Shown: positions 53,587 to 64,000 of the stretch, piece after piece | How the letters are laid out: each line of letters starts with the position of its first letter | Numbering within the stretch: position 1 is the stretch's first letter | Source of the DNA: Octopus vulgaris | Taxonomy: Eukaryota | NCBI GenBank assembly: GCA_951406725.2 | Contig: OX597814.1 | Coordinates: 123,008,001-123,072,000, forward strand | Direction of reading: 5' to 3' | DNA: 64,000 bases | Program-made: the position numbers and the translations under genes | Notes under the pieces: model-generated | What the model was told of the DNA's origin: nothing | What the model saw: only the letters and a program-made list of their open reading frames with translations | The model's database searches: none

Positions 53587-56357
53587 GTCTCGCTTTTATC
53601 CTTCGAAACGTTTAGTAGATGAAACTTTAGCGACTGAAGAAGGGGATTTTTCGTTGTGCTTATTGTCCTGTATCTCCTTTTTTTTTGCTTGTCTTGTTCC
53701 TTGGTTTGTGTCTATGTTTTTCGTCTCTCTATGTGTTCGACGTCCTTTTGGTGTCCTGTACACATATATGCGTGTATATGTACATGTAGAGGTAGGTACG
53801 TACATATATGTTTATATATATGCATATATTTTATTAACATATTATACGACTAAACGCACGCACCCTATTAAGTAAGATTGTTCTGTTTATCAAGTTCACC
53901 TTGATATTAACTCTCACGCGACTCTGCATCTTTCTTTCTTTCTTTCTCTCCCATTCCCTTTTTCGTCTTTTTTCCCTCACTTAACTTGTCTCTTCCTCTC
54001 TCTCTCTCCCCCTCACTGTTCTTCATGGTCTCCTCGCACCATTCCCCTTCTTCTCTCTCTTCCTCTTGCTCCTCCTCCCCCATTCCCGTCGTCCATCTGC
54101 GACGTACTTCCGTCGCAACTGCTGTCCCGTCCTTTCTTGCCTGCCTTCTAAGGCCACTGGTCGACATCTTCCTCTCTCGTCGTCCACTATAATCCAGCGT
54201 TTGCAATACTTTTTTCGTCTGGCGTTAACAGCCCTTCTTATCTTGTTCTCCTTGTCCTGTCTCTCACTGTTATATATTTATTTTTCCACTGTTTATATAT
54301 ATATTTTTTACTGTTTATATGTTTGTACTGTCGTTACCGTCTTGTTTTTTTTTTTACCCCTCTGCGACAAGATCTCAGAATTTTAATTGATTTGCTTTTC
54401 GCGGGAAGGAATTTTTCATTCGAAGTATACGTCTCGCTTTTATCCTTCGAAACGTTTAGTAGATGAAACTTTAGCGACTGAAGAAGGGGATTTTTCGTTG
54501 TGCTTATTGTCCTGTATCTCCTTTTTTTTGCTTGTCTTGTTCCTTGGTTTGTGTCTATGTTTTTCGTCTCTCTATGTGTTCGACGTCCTTTTGGTGTCCT
54601 GTACACATATATGCGTGTATATGTACATGTAGAGGTAGGTACGTACATATATGTTTATATATATGCATATATTTTATTAACATATTATACGACTAAACGC
54701 ACGCACCCTATTAAGTAAGATTGTTCTGTTTATCAAGTTCGCCTTGATATTAACTCTCACGCGACTCTGCATCTTTCTTTCTTTCTTTCTCTCCCATTCC
54801 CTTTTTCGTCTTTTTTCCCTCACTTAACTTGTCTCTTCCTCTCTCTCTCCCCCTCACTGTTCTTCATGGTCTCCTCGCACCATTCCCCTTCTTCTCTCTC
54901 TTCCTCTTGCTCCTCCTCCCCCATTCCCGTCGTCCATCTGCGACGTACTTCCGTCGCAACTGCTGTCCCGTCCTTTCTTGCCTGCCTTCTAAGGCCACTG
55001 GTCGACATCTTCCTCTCTCGTCGTCCACTATAATCCAGCGTTTGCAATACTTTTTTCGTCTGGCGTTAACAGCCCTTCTTATCTTGTTCTCCTTGTCCTG
55101 TCTCTCACTGTTATATATTTATTTTTCCACTGTTTATATATATATTTTTTACTGTTTATATGTTTGTACTGTCGTTACCGTCTTGTTTTTTTTACCCCTC
55201 TGCGACAAGATCTCAGAATTTTAATTGATTTGCTTTTCGCGGGATGGAATTTTTCATTCGAAGTATACGTCTCGCTTTTATCCTTCGAAACGTTTAGTAG
55301 ATGAAACTTTAGCGACTGAAGAAGGGGATTTTTCGTTGTGCTTATTGTCCTGTATCTCCTTTTTTTTTTGCTTGTCTTGTTCCTTGGTTTGTGTCTATGT
55401 TTTTCGTCTCTCTATGTGTTCGACGTCCTTTTGGTGTCCTGTACACATATATGCGTGTATATGTACATGTAGAGGTAGGTACGTACATATATGTTTATAT
55501 ATATGCATATATTTTATTAACATATTATACGACTAAACGCACGCACCCTATTAAGTAAGATTGTTCTGTTTATCAAGTTCGCCTTGATATTAACTCTCAC
55601 GCGACTCTGCATCTTTCTTTCTTTCTTTCTCTCCCATTCCCTTTTTCGTCTTTTTTCCCTCACTTAACTTGTCTCTTCCTCTCTCTCTCCCCCTCACTGT
55701 TCTTCATGGTCTCCTCGCACCATTCCCCTTCTTCTCTCTCTTCCTCTTGCTCCTCCTCCCCTATTCCCGTCGTCCATCTGCGACGTACTTCCGTCGCAAC
55801 TGCTGTCCCGTCCTTTCTTGCCTGCCTTCTAAGGCCACTGGTCGACATCTTCCTCTCTCGTCGTCCACTATAATCCAGCGTTTGCAATACTTTTTTCGTC
55901 TGGCGTTAACAGCCCTTCTTATCTTGTTCTCCTTGTCCTGTCTCTCACTGTTATATATTTATTTTTCCACTGTTTATATATATATTTTTTACTGTTTATA
56001 TGTTTGTACTGTCGTTACCGTCTTGTTTTTTTTACCCCTCTGCGACAAGATCTCAGAATTTTAATTGATTTGCTTTTCGCGGGAAGGAATTTTTCATTCG
56101 AAGTATACGTCTCGCTTTTATCCTTCGAAACGTTTAGTAGATGAAACTTTAGCGACTGAAGAAGGGGATTTTTCGTTGTGCTTATTGTCCTGTATCTCCT
56201 TTTTTTTTGCTTGTCTTGTTCCTTGGTTTGTGTCTATGTTTTTCGTCTCTCTATGTGTTCGACGTCCTTTTGGTGTCCTGTACACATATATGCGTGTATA
56301 TGTACATGTAGAGGTAGGTACGTACATATATGTTTATATATATGCATATATTTTATT

Positions 56358-56361
<4 letters not shown>
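53587..56361 (+). mobile_element. Tandem array, ~3.3 copies of an ~840-bp non-coding unit; probable Penelope-like/retrozyme multimer
   Basis: GTCTCGCTTTTATCCTTCGAAACG at 53587, 54431, 55269 and 56109 (periods 844, 838, 840); near-identical units; ends in (TA)n; relatives at 31072 and 56688. Confidence 0.7.
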
Positions 56362-56401
<40 letters not shown>

Positions 56402-56405
<4 letters not shown>

Positions 56406-56610
56406 GTTAATCCAAACATGAAAGCACAAAAAAACACAACAACGCGAGGACGTGGAACAAATATAGTATTATTGGACGCTCAGGAAAGAAGGAGTGTTTA
56501 ACGTTTCGAGCGGAGCTCTTCGTCGGAAACATAGGAGATGGAAAGATCCAGAGAAGGGAAGACAGAGGGAAAAAATCGCCAACGGTACACACGCGGTCAC
56601 ATTTTGAATG
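56402..56610 (-). mobile_element. Short (TA)n-flanked insert with minimal HHR at 56495-56531 (CCGACGA variant)
   Basis: TGTTT-CCGACGA-A-GAGC-tcc-GCTC-GAAA-CG-TT-AAACA. Confidence 0.7.
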
Positions 56611-56687
<77 letters not shown>

Positions 56688-56689
<2 letters not shown>

Positions 56690-57290
56690 GCATATATGGG
56701 TACAGGATGTCACCAACAGTAAACAACATGAAATACGAATACAAATGAGTTCAATACGCAAACAACGAGAGAAACAAATGGAAAACAGGTCAGGTAACAT
56801 AAAGAATGACCCTTCATCAGTTGTTGGCTGTCTATCTACTCCTCGTTTCGAGTATTGAACGACAATATGAGTCTTCGAAGACAGTTGCTCCCATAAGTAC
56901 CCAAATAAAATTTGGGATTTATGGAGGGTCAAAGCTGGGAACAAAAACAGGACAGAGGAGACATACAAGGAAACCGAATGAAAACAAACGTGGGTCGTTA
57001 GACCAGAACGAGTGTAAAATAGTGAACGCGGGAGAAATATTTTCTTCGGTAAGAGAAAAGATAGAAGAGAGATAGAATATGTTCAGTCCATAGGACGTCC
57101 TGCAGGAAAAGAAAGATGGTCACGTGAGGAAAAAAATGGATGATGGTCACGTGTGAGGAACGAGAGGGAGAAAAAGAGAAAGAGAAGAGAGACAGATAGA
57201 AAACGGTGAAGGGGATATAGTGAGGTTCTTTCATATATAACAGCGTTATATATGAGAGAACCTGACTATATCTAAAATATCCTGGCACGA
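56688..57290 (-). mobile_element. Diverged relative of the 840-bp family, opposite strand
   Basis: Minus strand TTCGAAG..CTCGAAACGAGGAGTAGATAG..CTGATGAAGGG..CATCCTGTACCCATATATGCATG parallels the array unit; far boundary uncertain. Confidence 0.6.
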
Positions 57291-58334
57291 ACATCTGCGA
57301 TTATTGTTCGAATTAGAGCCACTTCTAATTGCATGAAATAATGATATCTCGATAAAAGTTTTAGCATTTTAGGAAAGTACGTCCGATTGAATCGTGTCTG
57401 GAACTTATTTTATCGAACGAAGACGAATTTAGGCAACTTGTACTCACAATGTAAAAGGATGGATAGACACAATGAGTAAATGATAAGTGAAGAGAAAGCC
57501 GTTTTTAAAACTTTACTATTTCTAAGATTAAATAAGGTTTAAAGCGATTTAGAGAAACAACTGTAGTCGTTTTAATCGATAACGTAACGTTTTGACAGCC
57601 ATTTATTTTAATCGAATGGACAAGAATAAAAAATGAAGTTGACTTTGGCGGAATTGGAACTCAGAACGTAAAAAGAGCATAACTAAATACCTTAAGATTT
57701 TTCATTCACTGCACTACAAATCCTGCATCCCACTGCCATACCAATCCTACCATCCTTCGCCATGAATCAAACGGAAAATAATACAAAAATAAAATAAAAC
57801 AAATACGAGGTGATGTGAAAATACGATGGATGATGGGGAAAAACCGTTCATGTAACTCCAGTTGACGGTAAAGAGTCGGCCATTAGTCACTGCAGTGATT
57901 CTACAGTTATTTCATCGTTTGATATTCATCAAATATGACAGTGTTCAGTATCTTGCCGTGTAGTTTACACCCCGACCAGCAAATCTAAGGTCATTTAGCC
58001 ACCACTACCACCACCACCACCACCATCGCTACCATCACTGTCACCGCTATCGCCATTTGCCTTGCCGAACGCATCGCCACTACCACGCCGTGAGTACTTA
58101 GCTGGGTAGCGAGGAGAATGGTTGAATACTTAACTATCGATATTTACATCACACTAATGCAATTAGCGGAACGCTGCATTTTGTGAATTCGGAATCACAC
58201 GGCTGTCGTTCACACGTACACCAGTTCCAAACTGGCGGATTACATGAATTATATATGAGGACCAGAGCACGTAGAAAGCAGGAAAGCTTATTTGGAATTG
58301 AAATGAGAATGCCAGTTTCCGAATAGCTTACTAC

Positions 58335-58376
58335 TTCAACAACAACAACAACAGCAACAATTACTACTACTACTAC

Positions 58377-58437
<61 letters not shown>

Positions 58438-58599
58438 GCTGCTGCTGCTGCTGTTGCTGCAACTACGACTACTATCATTAACTATATTGTCACTACCACC
58501 ACAAACCTTTCTAACGCTTCTCCTACCACTACCACTACTTACAACAACTACTACTACTACAACTACTACCACTACTACTATTGTACATCACCAACGTAA

Positions 58600-58647
<48 letters not shown>

Positions 58648-58771
58648 TTACATGGACGAGAATCAATCCGATTCAAGCTACCACCAGTCATACTATTCTG
58701 ACAACTACCATCACCGCCACCACCACTACACATATCATTAGTGCCACCACTACTTCTTTTATTTGCTGCAG

Positions 58772-58824
<53 letters not shown>

Positions 58825-58850
58825 GCTACTACTGCTACTACTACTATCAT
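58335..58850. repeat. Cluster of (AAC)n, (AAT)n, (ACT)n and (GCT)n microsatellites
   Basis: Direct reading. Confidence 0.9.
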
Positions 58851-59006
58851 TTGCAAGATGTCAGTTGTTGCCGTGACGAAAATTCAGTTAACTGTATCTA
58901 GATCTTAGAACATGTAACAAAAGAGAACAAGATTCTAAAAATTCCAGAATATTCTTCTTATATATTTTTAGGCAGACATACAACCACGCACACGCACAAG
59001 CAAATA

Positions 59007-59072
<66 letters not shown>

Positions 59073-59106
59073 ACATACATACATACATACATACATACAT
59101 ACGTAC

Positions 59107-59140
<34 letters not shown>

Positions 59141-59214
59141 CTTTTGGTATCTTTTAAGTTTTTGTTAGACAAAAAACAAAACACGCGCACATATATATAT
59201 ATATATCTTTTGTT

Positions 59215-59271
<57 letters not shown>

Positions 59272-59284
59272 TCTCTCTCTCTCT

Positions 59285-59346
<62 letters not shown>

Positions 59347-59353
59347 GTATATG

Positions 59354-59394
<41 letters not shown>

Positions 59395-59505
59395 CTTTTG
59401 TTCTTTTTCTGGTTTTGTAGTACAAAAACCTAAAAGAGCCGAAAAGAACTTTTTCTTAGATGTGTGGAGAGTGATATTTTTTGTTTCTTTAAAAGTAACA
59501 AATGA

Positions 59506-59563
59506 ACTACCATAGTTTCACGCTAATATTTAGGAATTTGGAGATAGCGATCTTCAGCATAGT
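59506..59563 (-). ncRNA. HHR-like fold with intact core and damaged stem I/III junction
   Basis: ACTATG-CTGAAGA-T-CGCTA-loop-TAGCG-T-GAAA-CTATGG-TA-GT. Confidence 0.5.
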
Positions 59564-59854
59564 CTGAGAAGAAACTAAATACACAAAAACACACACACAC
59601 AGATGTTTTGAGTCGATTCGTAGACTCGTTGCAGAGTCGGACAAATGCGTTGTCGTGTTCCCGCTCCTTATGTCTCAATTCAGATAGTCTTGCTGTCAAC
59701 TGTCCCTTTCATCATTCCAACATTGCTGCATAAACTGCAAGTCGATTAATGGAGTCAGTCTCTCTCCATTTCTCTCACTATTGCTGTCTCTGTCTCTTTT
59801 GTATCATTGTTGAATTGCTTCATGGTGGTTCTTTTCTAATTTATATACATGTAT

Positions 59855-59917
<63 letters not shown>

Positions 59918-60051
59918 ATATATATTTATATATATTAAGATTACTTTAAGATACATGGCGTGTTTTGTAAATATACCTGTTCATGTATCATCAGAGCATG
60001 AAACTATTAGCAGCTCTTTAGGGTGGGTATTTAATTTGATATACATGTATG

Positions 60052-60107
<56 letters not shown>

Positions 60108-60421
60108 ACACACACACACGTTACACATTCTCACATATACACACAAACATCCCTTTGAATGACCAATACATGGAATTAATATATGCACAGTATCCATTAG
60201 TAATAACAAAATATGAACTCCTATTGGAATTTACATTCCATGGACAAGAAGCATCTTTACCCATTCTATACAGCACATTCTTTGGATAGCGGAGCTGTAA
60301 CTGTAACATCCAACATATATTTTTATTTTTATTCTCGTATATACTTCCTATATTTCTCCCTTTCGAAAATAACTTCTTATTTTGAACTCTACTATCTTCT
60401 TCTATTTAACTCTCTCATATC

Positions 60422-60469
60422 GTCTTTGATGATGGGATGTGCTTTATATCCCCGAAACAGCTGTAAGAC
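60422..60469 (+). ncRNA. Type I HHR, TTGATGA core variant
   Basis: GTCT-TTGATGA-T-GGGATGT-gcttt-ATATCCC-C-GAAA-CAGCTG-TA-AGAC; a decayed relative with GAAACAGCTGTA and similar downstream sequence lies at 53239. Confidence 0.65.
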
Positions 60470-61129
60470 TACCTTTCTCTTTATAAATGTCTTAGAAATT
60501 TCACACTGCCTTGGCTTAGTTACTGCATTTTATTTAACACCCATAAGTGGCAAATATGATGTCGTGCAAATATGATATCACTATGTCGTGCAGCTACTGT
60601 TTATACCTCTCTCAGAGATTTATTATTGCTTGTTTACACTTTTTCTAGATCAGTGACTTTTCGTCACTGGAAAAACGATATATATATATTTGCATTGGAA
60701 ACTACTTCACGTCGACAACCGGTGATTGTCACATGCTGCTGACGGGTCAATACCCAGAAACTTGGCTCCGTGTGTATCATGTCAGGTTGGAGATAGGAAG
60801 GATGGCTTCCCTTTGCAAATACTGACAAGGCTCAAAAAGTGTGTCAATAGCCAGCTGGTGGAGGTTCATGATATATATATATATATCACTTCATGATATA
60901 TATATATATATATATATATACAAAGAGAGAGAGAGAGATTGGAAACTTGTTTCTGAACTAACTCATTAGTCTTATTTTCTTTCTTTTTATTCTATGTCTA
61001 ATAGCTGATCTTTATAACTATAGAGGTCATGAACCGAAAAATTCGGCTGAAGAAAAGGAATCTATCAAGAGGTTTGTCTTTCGGAATATGAAGGACACAC
61101 AGAGTTCTAAATGCTGACTATATGTTCAT

Positions 61130-61183
<54 letters not shown>

Positions 61184-61202
61184 ATGTGTGTGTGTTTGTG
61201 TA

Positions 61203-62068
61203 CGAGGTGGTATCAAAAGGTTCCCAGACTAGTTATGTTTGATAAAAAAAAGATAACTTTTTTTACTTAAGTTTTAACATCATCTTCTTCAAAACAGTCA
61301 CCTTGCACAGCATTAAACTGATCCCAGAGTTTCTGCTACTTTTGGAATCCGGCCTGGAACTCGTTTTCCAGCGAGTCGAGGACTTTCTGCAATTCACTCT
61401 GGATCTCGACAGCGATGTTAAAACGGTGACCTTTGAGCTGCATTTTCATCTTGGGGAAGAGACATGGACGTCCGTAGGTGCTAAATCTGGTGAATAATGT
61501 GGGTACGGAAACGATACCATGTCGTTTTGGGCGAGAAACTCACGAGTGAGGAGACGTCGGTGAAGAATCTAATTCTTCGTACTCCACAGATCAGGTCGCT
61601 TTCCCCGAATGTCCTCCCTCAAACGCTTCGAAAAGTTGCAGTAGAACTCTCGATCGATGGTTTGGCCCTCGATGCCTAATACCACATTTCCGGGGATGAC
61701 GCTTGTAGCAGGTCTTCTAGATCGCTCATTGTCTTCCACAGACGTTCTCCCGCTTTTGTAGTGCACGTGTCACTCGAAACATGGCGTATGACTCATTGCC
61801 TCATCACTGTAAGCTTACTGAAGCATGCACAATTCCTCTGTAGCAGTCTTCCCAAGTTTAACACAAATTTCACATTGGCTCTTGGTTCCTGTCCAGCATA
61901 CATGTGATCACTAAAACACAAATTTCACAAATTGTGAAGTAAACAGCAATGTCACCCGGCACACTGCCTCAGGAAGGTCACTGCTAGCTCTCACTGCGCA
62001 CGCAACCGTCTCCTGCCATCTGTTGTCGCGCTACAGAACTAGTTCGGGAACTTTTGGATACCTCCTCG
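61203..62068 (-). mobile_element. Internally deleted mariner (DD34D-like) element
   Basis: TIRs CGAGGTGGTATCAAAAGGTTCCCAGACTAGT / ACTAGTTCGGGAACTTTTGGATACCTCCTCG; peptides GRTSVEDNERSRRP, EFYCNFSKRLREDIRGKRPDLW, SPDLAP. Confidence 0.85.
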
Positions 62069-62087
62069 CATATGTATGTATGTATGC

Positions 62088-62178
<91 letters not shown>

Positions 62179-62179
62179 A

Positions 62180-62220
<41 letters not shown>

Positions 62221-62221
62221 G

Positions 62222-63384
<1,163 letters not shown>

Positions 63385-64000
63385 AACAGACGGACAGACA
63401 GGCAGGCACCTAAACATACGTGCACTGCTTATTGAAACTGAATCTTATTTCGTGATTCGAATGTCACACCATTGCGATCTTCAGACAAAAATTTAACTAC
63501 TTCTCTTCCGCCAATGCACACACATACACACACACACACACACTCACACACACACATACACAAACATACATACATATATACATACATAGAGAAGCACATA
63601 TGTATACATAATTATTTATGTATGTATGTTAGTATGTTTATTTGCAAGCAGGCGCTGTAATCATATTTAATAAGCATTTGTTTACCCTTTCTTTGGAAAA
63701 CAATCTCATTGTAAAGCTGCAGGGCTTCCATTAATTAATTTGAAAGATCAGCTGATTTGTTTCCAGCTTTCATTAAATCTCAATTAGGATTTTCCTTATT
63801 CTTCCTAACGCAACTTAGAAAATATATAGATGGACCACCCATGAACAATCTAAACAAGACCAGGCAAAGCCAGACCTCGTTTTCATAGAGATAAAGCCGC
63901 GTATTTACGAGTAAATTTGTTAATAAATTTACAATCATATGTTTAATAAATCTGAAATTTAATCTCAAACTTGCAATGTTTGTTCCCCTAATTAATTAAT

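Noticed and set aside
53907-56064. Repeated 75-131 aa ORFs in the 840-bp array
   Set aside because: Arise from CT/GA-skewed low-complexity sequence; frames shift between near-identical units
59945-60020. HHR in TA-flanked island
   Set aside because: CTGATGA and GAAACTA lie on opposite strands; only a GATACATG/CATGTATC hairpin is supportable
60740-60780. HHR-like CTGCTGA-C-GGGT-caat-ACCC-A-GAAA
   Set aside because: Core mismatch, no NUH and no stem I

Overview
AT-rich, microsatellite-saturated, repeat-dominated animal DNA, intergenic or intronic. The SINE families and the (TA)n/(TACA)n/(GATA)n load look like an octopus or other coleoid cephalopod genome (inference, not verified). No host protein-coding gene can be supported, and nearly all ORFs in the supplied track are microsatellite translations. 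Mobile elements seen: three abundant tRNA-derived SINE families; one near-intact IR/DR Tc1 element (19727-21344); decayed hAT, mariner and DD37D transposons; a mariner fold-back MITE; a non-autonomous Helitron; L1/Tx1-like LINE 3' ends in (GATA)n; R4/Dong-like LINE remnants; and a possible Penelope GIY-YIG remnant. Main result: many of the short non-coding inserts between (TA)n tracts carry hammerhead ribozyme (HHR) folds. About 10 are clear or near-clear, from several families that differ in sequence. Some lie in ~490-510 bp partial-tandem or inverted units, the architecture of Penelope pseudo-LTRs and non-LTR retrozymes. They show recurrent core variants. An ~840 bp tandem family carries the two HHR core halves in permuted order with partly covarying pairings. 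All folds were made by eye and cleavage activity is untested. SINE and remnant boundaries are approximate.
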